In this document: piece by piece, positions 1-10,162 of the stretch
Layout: the number at the start of each line of letters is the position of its first letter
How positions within the stretch are numbered: the first letter of the stretch is position 1
DNA from: a virus
Taxonomy: Duplodnaviria; Heunggongvirae; Uroviricota; Caudoviricetes
Virus record (IMG/VR): IMGVR_UViG_2711768061_000003
Location: 1-41,806 of that record
Length of the DNA stretch: 41,806 bases
Direction: 5' to 3' (one strand)
Made by a program: the position numbers and the translations under genes
The notes under the pieces: generated by a model
Seen by the model: only the letters and a program-made list of their open reading frames with translations
Told to the model about the DNA's origin: nothing
Database searches by the model: none

Positions 1-1182
1 ATGCTCACCGTTAAGCAGATTGAAGCAGCAAAGCCGAAAGAAAAACCATACCGCCTTCTCGATGGTAATGGCCTGTACCTTTATGTCCCTGTATCAGGGA
101 AAAAGGTATGGCAGCTTCGCTACAAGATTGACGGTAAGGAGAAAATCCTGACCGTCGGAAAATATCCGCTTATGACTTTGCAGGAGGCAAGGGATAAAGC
201 ATGGACCGCGAGGAAAGACATCTCGGTTGGCATCGATCCGGTAAAAGCGAAAAAGGCTTCGTCTAACAACAATTCCTTTAGCGCCATTTACAAGGAATGG
301 TACGAGCACAAGAAGCAAGTCTGGTCAGTAGGCTATGCAAATGAACTTGCCAAAATGTTTGATGACGACATTTTACCCATCATCGGCGGTCTTGAGATTC
401 AGGATATTGAGCCGATGCAACTGTTGGAAGTAATCCGCAGATTTGAAGATCGCGGTGCAATGGAGCGAGCCAACAAAGCACGCAGAAGATGCGGCGAGGT
501 TTTCCGTTACGCTATTGTCACCGGAAGGGCTAAATATAACCCGGCACCTGACCTTGCTGACGCCATGAAGGGATACCGCAAGAAGAACTTCCCGTTTCTT
601 CCTGCAGACCAGATACCGGCATTCAATAAAGCACTGGCAACATTTTCAGGAAGTATCGTATCGCTCATTGCGACCAAAGTTTTACGCTACACAGCCCTAA
701 GAACGAAAGAGCTTCGTTCCATGCAATGGAAGAACGTCGATTTTGAAAACAGGATTATCACCATCGACGCCAATGTGATGAAGGGACGCAAAATTCATGT
801 GGTTCCTATGTCAGACCAGGTAGTTGAACTTCTCACTACGCTAAGCTCAATCACTAAACCAGTGTCAGAGTTTGTTTTTGCCGGGCGCAACGATAAGAAG
901 AAGCCAATCTGCGAGAACGCGGTATTACTTGTGATCAAACAAATCGGCTATGAGGGTCTGGAAAGCGGTCACGGATTCAGGCATGAATTCAGCACGATTA
1001 TGAACGAGAACGAATGGCCTGCTGATGCTATTGAAGTGCAACTGGCACATGCCAACGGCGGATCTGTGCGCGGTATTTACAACCACGCTCAGTATCTCGA
1101 TAAGCGCAGAGAAATGATGCAGTGGTGGGCGGACTGGCTTGATGGAGAGAAAAATAGCGCAACTTTTAGGCCACATCAATGA
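1..1182 (+). CDS. int: tyrosine integrase, P4/IntS family
   Basis: 393-aa ORF starting at window position 1; translation closely resembles E. coli CPS-53 IntS as recalled; C-terminal catalytic region with R...HxxR...Y-type motifs (HGFRHEF, YNHAQY). Confidence 0.95.
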   Translation: MLTVKQIEAAKPKEKPYRLLDGNGLYLYVPVSGKKVWQLRYKIDGKEKILTVGKYPLMTLQEARDKAWTARKDISVGIDPVKAKKASSNNNSFSAIYKEWYEHKKQVWSVGYANELAKMFDDDILPIIGGLEIQDIEPMQLLEVIRRFEDRGAMERANKARRRCGEVFRYAIVTGRAKYNPAPDLADAMKGYRKKNFPFLPADQIPAFNKALATFSGSIVSLIATKVLRYTALRTKELRSMQWKNVDFENRIITIDANVMKGRKIHVVPMSDQVVELLTTLSSITKPVSEFVFAGRNDKKKPICENAVLLVIKQIGYEGLESGHGFRHEFSTIMNENEWPADAIEVQLAHANGGSVRGIYNHAQYLDKRREMMQWWADWLDGEKNSATFRPHQ

Positions 1183-1354
1183 AATTGTTTTCCCATGCAT
1201 GAGCAAAAATTAGAATAACATTGCATAGTCACAGTATCGATCATGATTCACAGCAATGATAGAATACAAATAAATTTAACATGTTTCCACCGAAACAATC
1301 ACACATGTAGCATTCGTCTTTTTTTGATGTAATTAACATTAAATGGTATAACAT

Positions 1355-3142
1355 ATGGAACTGAAATACAGACCCGAAATTGATGGGTTGAGAACATTAG
1401 CTGTTTTACCTGTTATCTTTTTTCATGCAGGTGTTCAATGGATTCCTGGCGGCTTTCTTGGAGTAGATGTTTTTTTTGTTATTAGTGGTTTTTTAATTAC
1501 CAGCATTTTGCTGAAAGAATGCAGCAATAGAACATTTACATTCTCTGGGTTTTATGAGAGAAGGGTTCGTAGAATTGCGCCTGCATTAATTCTAATGACA
1601 TCAGTAATATTCATTATATCATTATTTATGATGGTTCCATATGACCTAAAGAATCTAGGCCAATCAGTTGTTGCAACAATTTTTTCAGCAAACAATATAT
1701 TATTGTACTTAACGTCAGGATATTGGTCTACAGCATCTGAATTTAAACCATTGTATCACACATGGAGTCTTGCTGTAGAAGAACAGTATTATCTTGTAGC
1801 CCCTGTAATAATATATATAATTTACTCAATAAATCATAATAAACTAATAAAGAATAGTTTTATGTTTTTACTGGTAATATCAATTGCCAGTTTTTTATAT
1901 GCAACAATTACAACAGTGCATAATATGGAGTTTTCATTTCTTATGCTCCCTTCAAGGGCGTGGGAGATTGCTCTTGGTGGGGTTGCCGCTATTGCGCACT
2001 ATAAAATAAAAATAAAAAGTAACATCTTATCATACCTTGGTTTTTTATTGATAATATCAAGTTACTTCCTTGTGAATGGTAAAAAATCACACCCTGGATT
2101 TGAAACATTATTTCCAGTTCTTGGTGCATGTTTGTTTTTAATGCATTCAAATGCATCTAAAGGAATTGGAAAGATCATGTCAATAAAACCAATTGTGTTA
2201 TGTGGCATGATAAGTTATTCGCTATACCTTTGGCATCAACCTGTTTTTGCATTTATAAGATTAAACTCAAAATTTGAACCGTCAACAACATATTTTATCG
2301 CATCCATTCCTTTAATTTTTATTATATCGTGGATGTCTTATGTTTTTGTAGAAAAACCATTCAGAAACAAGAGAAAAACATCTACAAAAAAAATCTTATC
2401 ATATACATTAGCATTTTCGTTGGTGTTATCAGCATCAGGAATTTTGATGCACAAAACATATGGATTGCAAAATGTCAGGCCTGATCTTGCATATGGAGGA
2501 AATCCACAGGAGTATGTGGATACCCCGAAGAAATTAAAGAATATTGAGTTCTCAGACAATGGAAAGAAAATATTAATCATGGGTAACTCATATGCGAGAG
2601 ATTTAATTAATGCAATATCTACAAAGATTAAAACAAATGATCTTAATATTGTATATTTTGAGGGTGGATGTGATTGGTCAATAGATAATAAAAATAAATT
2701 AGATTACTACTTGAATGACTCAGACATTATTTTATATTCGGAGAATTGGGGTGCAGGCGACTATAATAATAACGTTGAAAAGTTAAAACACTGTTACGAT
2801 TACATAAAGTCAAAAACAACTGCAAAAATGTACTTGATTGGCACAAAAAACTTCGGGTATAACAATAACTTTGCTGTTAACCTGTCTCTTAATGACAGAG
2901 TTTTAGCAAAAACATACCCGCTATCAAGATATATAGAGTTTAACAATAAGGCGAAAATGATTTTTGGCGATGACTACATAGATTTGTTTGACCTTATAAA
3001 AGACAACAATGGAATGGTTAGAGTTTTTGATGAGAATGGCAAATTTTTATCATATGATGCAAACCATCTAACGAAATATGGAGCAAGTTACATTGGAGAA
3101 GTCTTAGACAAAAAAACAGACTTACTTCAATCTTTGAAATAA
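1355..3142 (+). CDS. membrane O-acetyltransferase (acyltransferase-3 family N-terminal domain with SGNH-like C-terminal domain); likely O-antigen or polysaccharide modifying moron
   Basis: 595-aa ORF; N-terminal motifs typical of acyltransferase-3 (DGLRTLAVLPVIFFHAG, VDVFFVISGFLIT); multiple hydrophobic segments followed by a soluble C-terminal domain; markedly AT-rich versus neighbouring genes; sits in the int-tailspike moron slot. Confidence 0.8.
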   Translation: MELKYRPEIDGLRTLAVLPVIFFHAGVQWIPGGFLGVDVFFVISGFLITSILLKECSNRTFTFSGFYERRVRRIAPALILMTSVIFIISLFMMVPYDLKNLGQSVVATIFSANNILLYLTSGYWSTASEFKPLYHTWSLAVEEQYYLVAPVIIYIIYSINHNKLIKNSFMFLLVISIASFLYATITTVHNMEFSFLMLPSRAWEIALGGVAAIAHYKIKIKSNILSYLGFLLIISSYFLVNGKKSHPGFETLFPVLGACLFLMHSNASKGIGKIMSIKPIVLCGMISYSLYLWHQPVFAFIRLNSKFEPSTTYFIASIPLIFIISWMSYVFVEKPFRNKRKTSTKKILSYTLAFSLVLSASGILMHKTYGLQNVRPDLAYGGNPQEYVDTPKKLKNIEFSDNGKKILIMGNSYARDLINAISTKIKTNDLNIVYFEGGCDWSIDNKNKLDYYLNDSDIILYSENWGAGDYNNNVEKLKHCYDYIKSKTTAKMYLIGTKNFGYNNNFAVNLSLNDRVLAKTYPLSRYIEFNNKAKMIFGDDYIDLFDLIKDNNGMVRVFDENGKFLSYDANHLTKYGASYIGEVLDKKTDLLQSLK

Positions 3143-3175
3143 AATATATAATTTATTAGTCGCTCCCCAAAAAAT

Positions 3176-3203
3176 ATACCACCTCTTATGTTGAGGTGGT
3201 ATA
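3176..3203. terminator. putative bidirectional rho-independent terminator between convergent acetyltransferase and tailspike genes
   Basis: Inverted repeat ATACCACCTC-(8 nt)-GAGGTGGTAT flanked by A-run on one side and AT-rich sequence on the other. Confidence 0.5.
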
Positions 3204-3233
3204 TAGATAATAACTATAGACTATTGCGTTTGT

Positions 3234-5408
3234 TTATTTCTGCATCCTTTTTATCTCTCTACGCATATATGCAGCCTCAAGACAAAGTATTTCTTCGTAG
3301 CGTACAGTGTAACCTGAGTGAGCCTCCTGTGCAGCCTGAAGCAGCACCTTAGTGCCGTCGTCTAAAGTATCATACACCGCCTCTGTCGCGGGGGTATCAT
3401 CATAGCAAAGGATGCCGTACTCGAAAGGGTCCACTCCGTGGGCCTCAAATGCCGCCTTGATGTCTTGCGCGATAACCCCAATATGTCTCCGGGCTTTACT
3501 ACCTTTTTCTGCCACGCTTGCCTTTAATTTATAAGCCACATACTGGACGTCCCCCCAGGCGTCGAGAACAGCATCAGGTATTTGTGACTCTTCTGTTTTT
3601 GAGTTTCTGTCTGACGTGACCTGAAAAGCTGTTTGTGTATACCCACCTGACCATGCATATGCTGACGTTCCACATGTTTGAGCGTTCTGCCGACCAGGCC
3701 TAACATAATCTACGCCCCAAACAAGAACCGATGAATAGCCTATTTTCCAGTATGCTATTTTTGATACGCTATCAACTACTTGCTGCTGCTCATACAGGCC
3801 GTTTTTTGTGCGATAGGTCGTTGTTTGATAGCTTCTTGGAAGAAATTGAAGCCCCTGCGTACTTAAGCTCCTTATTGAATTTATAATATCAGGATTGGCG
3901 CCGCCTTGTGTTCTTGCAATAGTCATTCCGTCTGAACAAGCTGGGTGACCATATTTAAGACGAAGATTTTTTATCTCTGTAAGAGACTCTGCCCGGTTTG
4001 TATCGTCTCCTGATTTAAGCAAGTACCAACCAGCCACTGAGCTGTTATGCTCAACTAGGTTTTTAAACACGAATTTAGGGTCTGTGAAGTTTTCTGCGTA
4101 TTGCGGAGGATTCATAAGAACCAGCCCTTTAAACCCTGAATCGGTACGAGAGTTGTTAATGTGCAGCCCATCTATAATGATGTGGTCTGACTGGGTATTT
4201 TCGGTGCCGTCGGTTTTAAGATAAATCAGATTTTGGCCTTTAAAGTATTCAAACCAGCCATCGTTAATCTTAAAGTTAAAGAACTGTTGCAGATAGAAAA
4301 ACGCCCCGCCAAATACCTCGTTTTTCTCAAACCATGGGTTGTTTATGGTGAAGTTAAACCCACCTATAATACGGAAGAACATTCTGGCGCGAGCATCAAG
4401 GAAGATTGGGCTTTCCATGAAGTTTAAATTAAACGCTGCAAAAGGGTTGTTGTCATCCACAGGGGTATCAACAATGTAACCGGAGTCGTTAACCGTTTTG
4501 AAAATTGGGTTATAGTGGTAAACAGCAATCCATGACGCTTTCCATACAGTATGAAAGCCTTGCCATACACAGTTATGAGTGGTAAATGTTGCCACCCAAT
4601 TACCAGCGGCGGCTTCCATGAAAACGTTGGCGCTATTTAAAACATTAGAGCCATCGAAAATAATATTTTTAAAAGTGCAATACTGGAACTGATAAGGACC
4701 ATCTTGCGTGAACATAGTATACCCGCCAGATGATTTAATAGTGGCTTTCCCGTTAGGGCAGATGATATTGAAAGACTTCCAAGCCTCTGTATGTAAAGGT
4801 TTACTTGTCACGTAGACAAATCCAGCAGGAATTAACAATCCAGCATTAGCATTAAGCACAGAAATAACTTTGTCATCCACCTCTGGATTAGCTAAGCCAC
4901 TTATTGCCCCTAAATCTTGTATGGATAGCAGGTCAGAATTTTTATCATGCTGAGTCCTTCTTATTGCATCAAAAAAAGGCTGTTTAACGCCAATTAACGC
5001 ATCACCTTTACTTTCATCATCTAAATATTTACCCGTTTGGGCAAGCTGATTAACGATGTCAATACTGAATTTGTCGGGGTCATATTTCAGTACATTATGG
5101 AAATAGAACTGCTGCGCACCATACGCATCATAAACAGCCATAGAATGGCCTTGTACAGTTACGAATTTGGCAATCTGTCCGTTATATACTGGGTAACCAG
5201 CAGCGTTAATGATGATTGGTTGCGAAACAGGAACGTGAGAACCGTCTTCGTTCTCCACATAAACCTGAATCTGGTTTTCAGGATTTACCGGGTCAGTGTC
5301 AATTTTACCGATATAAATTTTGCCATTGGCTACGGCTTTAAAAGAACGAGCCATAGTGAAGAGTTGCGAAGGCATCGATACGATCACATTGGCTGTAATG
5401 TCTGTCAT
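3234..5408 (-). CDS. tailspike protein: P22-gp9-like N-terminal head-binding domain, divergent central receptor-binding domain, C-terminal intramolecular chaperone (S74-like) domain
   Basis: 724-aa ORF; first ~110 aa ([11 protein letters not shown]...[21 protein letters not shown]...VLKYDPD) match the P22 tailspike N-terminus as recalled; C-terminus contains [26 protein letters not shown], resembling auto-cleaving chaperone domains of endosialidase/tail fibre proteins. Confidence 0.9.
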   Translation of the reverse strand: MTDITANVIVSMPSQLFTMARSFKAVANGKIYIGKIDTDPVNPENQIQVYVENEDGSHVPVSQPIIINAAGYPVYNGQIAKFVTVQGHSMAVYDAYGAQQFYFHNVLKYDPDKFSIDIVNQLAQTGKYLDDESKGDALIGVKQPFFDAIRRTQHDKNSDLLSIQDLGAISGLANPEVDDKVISVLNANAGLLIPAGFVYVTSKPLHTEAWKSFNIICPNGKATIKSSGGYTMFTQDGPYQFQYCTFKNIIFDGSNVLNSANVFMEAAAGNWVATFTTHNCVWQGFHTVWKASWIAVYHYNPIFKTVNDSGYIVDTPVDDNNPFAAFNLNFMESPIFLDARARMFFRIIGGFNFTINNPWFEKNEVFGGAFFYLQQFFNFKINDGWFEYFKGQNLIYLKTDGTENTQSDHIIIDGLHINNSRTDSGFKGLVLMNPPQYAENFTDPKFVFKNLVEHNSSVAGWYLLKSGDDTNRAESLTEIKNLRLKYGHPACSDGMTIARTQGGANPDIINSIRSLSTQGLQFLPRSYQTTTYRTKNGLYEQQQVVDSVSKIAYWKIGYSSVLVWGVDYVRPGRQNAQTCGTSAYAWSGGYTQTAFQVTSDRNSKTEESQIPDAVLDAWGDVQYVAYKLKASVAEKGSKARRHIGVIAQDIKAAFEAHGVDPFEYGILCYDDTPATEAVYDTLDDGTKVLLQAAQEAHSGYTVRYEEILCLEAAYMRREIKRMQK

Positions 5409-5465
5409 TTAATTTGCTCCAGATACAATGAATCGCCGCAGCATGGCTACGGTGAATTTTGGGCA

Positions 5466-5490
5466 TAAAAAAACCCAGCCGAAGCTGGGT
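5466..5490 (-). terminator. putative rho-independent terminator downstream of ant (minus strand)
   Basis: Hairpin ACCCAGC-CGAA-GCTGGGT followed on the minus strand by a U-run (plus-strand A-run 5466-5473). Confidence 0.5.
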
Positions 5491-5508
5491 CGTTGCGTTG
5501 GTTATCTG

Positions 5509-6432
5509 TCAGTAGTTATGTACTGAAGGAGGTAATTCTTTATTCTTAAGTCTCATCCATGCGGAAAGATTCGTTGGTCCTTCTGGCTCATTGATATCAA
5601 CATCTCGTGTGTGATTGATTAAAACGTCCCTCGCCATTCCGATAACATACGAGAACTCATGACCGTAGTCGTAGCATCTGCCGGAATAGTTCGATTGAAT
5701 TTGTTTTAATGCCGGATACAGTTCGCGGAATAATGCCTGTGAGCGGTTGGCATAATCCCATAACCATACAAGGCTGTTTGCTTCTTTTGCAGAAAGCTCG
5801 TTGGTTTTCTTCTCTTGTTTGCCAATGAACTCACCTTCAAGCGGAACGCGAGCAGCAAGTGACAGTGCTTCGGTAAACTGCTCCTCACTGATTTCTTTGT
5901 ACGAACATCCAAAATGGGATTTCAGTGACGACCACATGGTGATCATCGCCTTAGCCTGTTTTTCTTTTGGCAGAGACTGACCGCGACTCATGACGAGTTG
6001 TTTAATGGCTTCCTGCTGTTCAGTGGTGATTTTACCCGGCAACGCTTTTTTAGCTTTGCGTGGGTTAACTACATGGCCTTTAGTCCAGTACTCGTATAGC
6101 ACATCGTCACACTCTTCTTGATACTGGATTACATTGTCGCGGATTTCAGGGCGGACTTTGTTAGGGCTGATGGTTTGCAACCAGCCATTCAGTTTACGTA
6201 AAGCAAGGCAAATCATGGTCTGCACACCGCCAACTGAAGGTATTGCGATTTCCACAATACCTTTAGCAAATCTTTGTTTTAACTTTGTAAACTGTGAAGC
6301 CCAATCCATACCCATTCCCTCAACGATAGGTTTCATTGGGGTGTACGGCTCACCGTTGTGATTGACAACATAAAGCTCTGCGCCGTGGAATGGTACATTG
6401 ATAGTAGATACTGCTGTTGCTATACTTTTCAT
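5509..6432 (-). CDS. ant: antirepressor Ant (immI region)
   Basis: 307-aa ORF immediately downstream of arc on the same strand; size and position match P22 Ant; N-terminal antirepressor-like domain. Confidence 0.85.
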   Translation of the reverse strand: MKSIATAVSTINVPFHGAELYVVNHNGEPYTPMKPIVEGMGMDWASQFTKLKQRFAKGIVEIAIPSVGGVQTMICLALRKLNGWLQTISPNKVRPEIRDNVIQYQEECDDVLYEYWTKGHVVNPRKAKKALPGKITTEQQEAIKQLVMSRGQSLPKEKQAKAMITMWSSLKSHFGCSYKEISEEQFTEALSLAARVPLEGEFIGKQEKKTNELSAKEANSLVWLWDYANRSQALFRELYPALKQIQSNYSGRCYDYGHEFSYVIGMARDVLINHTRDVDINEPEGPTNLSAWMRLKNKELPPSVHNY

Positions 6433-6500
6433 GTCGTTAATTCCTATGCGTGGTTTTACGATATCGAAGCCCTGACTGTTCCCGCAGTTGGGGCTTCAAC
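6420..6500 (+). ncRNA. putative sar-like antisense RNA covering the ant ribosome-binding site (approximate bounds)
   Basis: Inference from P22 immI biology; strong hairpin at ~6465-6497 in the arc-ant intergenic region on the strand opposite to ant. No promoter verified. Confidence 0.3.
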
Positions 6501-6501
6501 T

Positions 6502-6663
6502 TTACGCGCCAATGCGTCCTTCCTTCTTAAAACTTTCCATTACTCTCTGATAAATCTCAGAGTTAACAGACCGACCATTCTCTTCCGCCACCTTGCGTAC
6601 CAAATCCAATACTTCTTTAGGCCACCGCAAATTGAACTGCGGCATTTTGCTCATTCCTTTCAT
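6502..6663 (-). CDS. arc: Arc repressor (ribbon-helix-helix)
   Basis: 53-aa product MKGMSKMPQFNLRWPKEVLDLVRKVAEENGRSVNSEIYQRVMESFKKEGRIGA, near-identical to P22 Arc as recalled; the longer ORF from 6726 would overlap the Arc operator. Confidence 0.9.
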   Translation of the reverse strand: MKGMSKMPQFNLRWPKEVLDLVRKVAEENGRSVNSEIYQRVMESFKKEGRIGA

Positions 6664-6678
6664 ATTCACCTCACAATA

Positions 6679-6697
6679 TGGGTCCACGGTGGACCTA
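6679..6697. promoter_or_regulatory. Mnt operator (palindrome GGTCCACGGTGGACC core)
   Basis: Near-perfect palindrome in the arc-mnt divergent promoter region, matching the P22 Mnt operator as recalled. Confidence 0.7.
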
Positions 6698-6705
6698 TTG
6701 AGAAT

Positions 6706-6726
6706 ATAGTAGAGTGCTTCTATCAT
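6706..6726. promoter_or_regulatory. Arc operator (ATAGTAGAGTGCTTCTATCAT)
   Basis: 21-bp partially symmetric site in the arc-mnt intergenic region, matching the P22 Arc operator as recalled. Confidence 0.7.
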
Positions 6727-6753
6727 GTCAATACACTAACTTGGAGTGATGGC

Positions 6754-7008
6754 ATGGCTAGAGATGATCCGCACTTTAACTTCCGCATGCCTTTGGAAGT
6801 AAGAGAAAAATTAAAATACAGAGCAGAGTCAAATGGTAGATCAATGAACTCAGAATTGTTGCAAATCGTCCAAGATGCTCTATCGAGACCATCTCCTGTA
6901 AAAGGTTATCGCAATGAAGCTGAACGATTAGCCGAGATGCAGGCTGAACAGTTCAAGTCTGTGGTATTTGAGACACTTAAAAACATGTATGGCAAGGATG
7001 CAAAATGA
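6754..7008 (+). CDS. mnt: Mnt repressor
   Basis: 84-aa product MARDDPHFNFRMPLEVREKLKYRAESNGRSMNSELLQIVQDAL..., closely resembling P22 Mnt as recalled; it is the C-terminal part of the 6358-7008 track ORF, whose upstream portion is antisense to ant. Confidence 0.9.
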   Translation: MARDDPHFNFRMPLEVREKLKYRAESNGRSMNSELLQIVQDALSRPSPVKGYRNEAERLAEMQAEQFKSVVFETLKNMYGKDAK

Positions 7009-7586
7009 TCGATTACAACCCAGCAAAAAAAGAAATCATCGCAGCTAAAAAGTGCCTAGAGCAGATGAAATCATCTACAAACCATGATGATTTTGAAATG
7101 CACTGGCGAGAATGTCTTGGGCATATAGAAAAGTCTTTCAGTAAGTTGCTCTGTGCAACAAAGCCGGTTAGTGGAAAATTTAGCAGCCACTTCAACCAAA
7201 AGTTCATGCTTAGAAAAACAGACAAAACACTTGCTTACCTTCACCAAGCAAGAAATGCTGATCATCATTCCACTATGGAAATCTCAAAACTTGAACCTCC
7301 TTATACTACTCTTGGGGCATTTCCGGGAGCAAGAAGCCATTATATTAAAGAGTTAATCATTGATTCAACAGGGAAAATAGCAAAATACGAAGGCGACCCT
7401 ATGATAGTTGAGTTTCATCCAGCAACAACTATGCCTATAACCGTAAGAAACCAAGGCAAAGATTATCCACCTCCAACAGAACATCTTGGCGAAAAGCTTG
7501 TTGATATACATCCATCTGTTCTTGCCTATCTCGGTATACAATTTTATGAAAAATGGATAGATGAGTCGTGTGCAACGTTTAGATAG
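7005..7586 (+). CDS. hypothetical protein, translationally coupled to mnt (ATGA overlap)
   Basis: 193-aa ORF; its ATG overlaps the mnt stop codon; AT-rich; no hydrophobic segments; no motif recognised. Confidence 0.6.
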   Translation: MIDYNPAKKEIIAAKKCLEQMKSSTNHDDFEMHWRECLGHIEKSFSKLLCATKPVSGKFSSHFNQKFMLRKTDKTLAYLHQARNADHHSTMEISKLEPPYTTLGAFPGARSHYIKELIIDSTGKIAKYEGDPMIVEFHPATTMPITVRNQGKDYPPPTEHLGEKLVDIHPSVLAYLGIQFYEKWIDESCATFR

Positions 7587-7803
7587 TTATTTTTGATAAT
7601 TTCAAGTATTTCCTCTTGACTTTGATTTACCCAAACGTGATCACACTCATGAAACCAGATTATGCTTCCTGTTTCGCCTTGTGCAATATAGGTGATCATG
7701 TTTTCATTAACAATTATTACTGAGTTATCATGTGCGCAATTTAGTTTTATCAATTCGCATATCCTATTGTGACAAAGTAACTAGAAAAACTAAAGAGGTT
7801 GGT

Positions 7804-8298
7804 GTGTCTGATTCTATGAGTTACGCTGTGCTAGTTGCCGCAACTCTATTTCTGGGGATAGGGTTGCAGATTGCGTGGTTCTTTTTTTCTAGTTTTATTA
7901 AACGTAAAAGAATTGAATCAAGGATATCTGAGATTTCTATTGCTATAGGGAAAAATGCTGAAAATCCAGAGAATGAGGCCTACGCACTGAATTACCTTAA
8001 AGAAAAGTTTTCCCCTGAAAAATTTGAAAACAGAATTACTGATGCTCTTGGATTGGTAATATCAGTAATTCATATGCCACTAAGTTTGCTGATAACAGTG
8101 TGGTACTTCGCCATGATCGCCGGAAGAATATTTGGTTTCATGAATATAGAGCCTGTAGTTCTTTGGGTTCCAATGATACTGCAATTGTTGTTAAGCGTTG
8201 CTATCTTTATTTTTTCTGTTTTTATAAAAATTGTCTTCGGAAGATACCCCGGAGAAGCGAAGGGATTTAATAAAGAATTCATAAAAACTATAAAATAA
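7804..8298 (+). CDS. small inner-membrane protein, possible SieA-like superinfection exclusion protein
   Basis: ORF with 3-4 predicted hydrophobic helices ([54 protein letters not shown]); GTG at 7804 is preceded by AAGAGG with 5-nt spacing (alternative ATG at 7816); occupies the slot between mnt and the gp16-like gene where P22 carries sieA. Confidence 0.55.
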   Translation: MSDSMSYAVLVAATLFLGIGLQIAWFFFSSFIKRKRIESRISEISIAIGKNAENPENEAYALNYLKEKFSPEKFENRITDALGLVISVIHMPLSLLITVWYFAMIAGRIFGFMNIEPVVLWVPMILQLLLSVAIFIFSVFIKIVFGRYPGEAKGFNKEFIKTIK

Positions 8299-8320
8299 AT
8301 GCCGTCCTTGGCTTACAGTG

Positions 8321-10162
8321 CTACTGCCGGGTAGCTTCGTTAACTAAGAGCGGGCGCACGGCAGTAGCCGCCTGATTTAGCGCTCTTTCATAAGCTGGCG
8401 TTCCAGCTTTAGTGTTTGCCAAACGTAAGAGCGCATTCCTTGCTGCTTTGGATTCATACAAGCGCATCATTGCACCGAAACCAGCCTCAAGCCCCATTGA
8501 TACGCCAAGGGTCGCAGTTGCGCCAATCGTCCTTATCCTGTTGGCTTGCGATTGCCCCGTCTGAGTTACTACATTTGCGGTGTCTGACCTTGCTGTTTGC
8601 TGTAGAACTTCATGAAGAGCATCAAGCTCTTTCATGTGCTTTCCAGAAAAAATAGTGTTGTAAATTTCACCGCCTGACTGAGATTTCAGCTTATTAACTT
8701 CAGTGATGAACTTGGCTGGAGAGTCCCCGGCCTTTTCCGCTATTTTGCTGACGTAAGCTGCACGCATAGCATCTTTCCCCTTATCATCCAGTGCGCTCCA
8801 GATTCGTTTCACGTCAGATGGTTTTCTGCTTAATACAACGGTATTTATAAGTTCAGGACTGGCTTCACTGCTTGCCTTGTTGAGCTTGTTGGCAATGTTT
8901 TTATTAAGCACCTTATTATAAACGTTTGCATAATCGGAATTTGCTTTAAGGTATTTTGCTGCGTCTGATGCACCGAGGTTTTTAGCAACTGCGTTACGAA
9001 GGTCTTTTGACATTGCATTCTCTACCATATTGGTAGCTGCTTTTGCCTGGTTGGGGAAGACCATAGCATCTCCCTGAACATTAGATCTAAATGCTGTTCT
9101 GTGCTGACGCAAGAGATCAAACGTAACATCCAAATCAGTTGCAGGGTTTGCTAATTCTTCACGTAGGTTACGCAAGGATGTAAGCAGGCTTTGATTGGCA
9201 GACGTCCCAAGCCGTTCCTGTCTTGCGATCGCTGTATTCAGAGCATTCATGGTATTTGTGGTATCAACTGCGGCATTACCCATTTTATTGGTGACGTCAT
9301 TGATAACAGCGCCAGCGGCATCCTTCCGCCCCCTTAACGTGGTGGTCAGAGATTTCACCACATCATCAGGGTTATACTCACCAAAACGGTCAAAATAATT
9401 GCTTACCAGTTTACTACGCGTTGCATATTGCTCCGCTCGCTTTGAGCCTGTCCCGAGCAAAGCACCCTCGGCATCCTGAGTAAGGCCACGAGTGAAAGCA
9501 TTTTTCGGCGGGATAACATCAGATGTCATTGGTGTCACGCCCATCGATTCTGATGTGGCAATTTTCTTCGCCACTTCTGGCGCAATATCACCTTTTATAG
9601 CCGTTATTCCACGCCCTATTCCCTTTGCTGCTGCGGAAAGAACACCCTGAGCGGCAAGGTTAACTCCGGCATTTTTAGCTGCATTTTGTGCGAAATCGCC
9701 TTTCTGATTTGCGGCCTCTGCCAGTGATCCAATAGCCATGCTTCCTGCCGTTCCAACTCCTGGAACTAAATACCCACCAATTGTTTCACCGGCTTGCGCG
9801 TAGGGGTCTGTCGGTCTGTCTACTGGACGATAAACATCATCCAAAACCTTGGGTCCACCAAGCCCCTGGCTGATTGCATTAATCAGACTTGCGCCGCCCT
9901 GTAATACGTCAAATGGTATGTTTACCAGACCACGACCAGCCTGTTCTGCAATTTGCCCTGCACTTTGACCACCAGTGAGCCAATCGCCAGCTTGTTGCAT
10001 CAATGATGGTTCTTCCCGTGTTGGTGCATTATTGGCCTGATTAACTGTTTGTTGCTGAACAGCCTGACCAGCAAAATACTCGTCAATGGCGGTGCCAATA
10101 TCTTCGGTGCTCGTACCATCAGGAAAGGTAAATGTCTTACCGTTTGCAGTTACTTTCATCAT
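8321..10162 (-). CDS. ejection (E) protein, P22 gp16-like
   Basis: 613-aa ORF; size and position in the gp7-gp20-gp16 series of P22-like phages. Confidence 0.8.
   Translation of the reverse strand: MMKVTANGKTFTFPDGTSTEDIGTAIDEYFAGQAVQQQTVNQANNAPTREEPSLMQQAGDWLTGGQSAGQIAEQAGRGLVNIPFDVLQGGASLINAISQGLGGPKVLDDVYRPVDRPTDPYAQAGETIGGYLVPGVGTAGSMAIGSLAEAANQKGDFAQNAAKNAGVNLAAQGVLSAAAKGIGRGITAIKGDIAPEVAKKIATSESMGVTPMTSDVIPPKNAFTRGLTQDAEGALLGTGSKRAEQYATRSKLVSNYFDRFGEYNPDDVVKSLTTTLRGRKDAAGAVINDVTNKMGNAAVDTTNTMNALNTAIARQERLGTSANQSLLTSLRNLREELANPATDLDVTFDLLRQHRTAFRSNVQGDAMVFPNQAKAATNMVENAMSKDLRNAVAKNLGASDAAKYLKANSDYANVYNKVLNKNIANKLNKASSEASPELINTVVLSRKPSDVKRIWSALDDKGKDAMRAAYVSKIAEKAGDSPAKFITEVNKLKSQSGGEIYNTIFSGKHMKELDALHEVLQQTARSDTANVVTQTGQSQANRIRTIGATATLGVSMGLEAGFGAMMRLYESKAARNALLRLANTKAGTPAYERALNQAATAVRPLLVNEATRQ

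Noticed and set aside
6358-6753. N-terminal extension of the 216-aa ORF containing Mnt
   Set aside because: The upstream 132 codons run antisense through ant and across the Arc/Mnt operators; the real gene starts at the MARDD methionine (6754).
7544-7753. 69-aa minus-strand ORF spanning the junction of the two mnt-coupled cassette genes
   Set aside because: Antisense to the end of the 193-aa gene and the start region of the membrane protein gene; no RBS; kept only as a note because antisense regulation of the cassette cannot be excluded.
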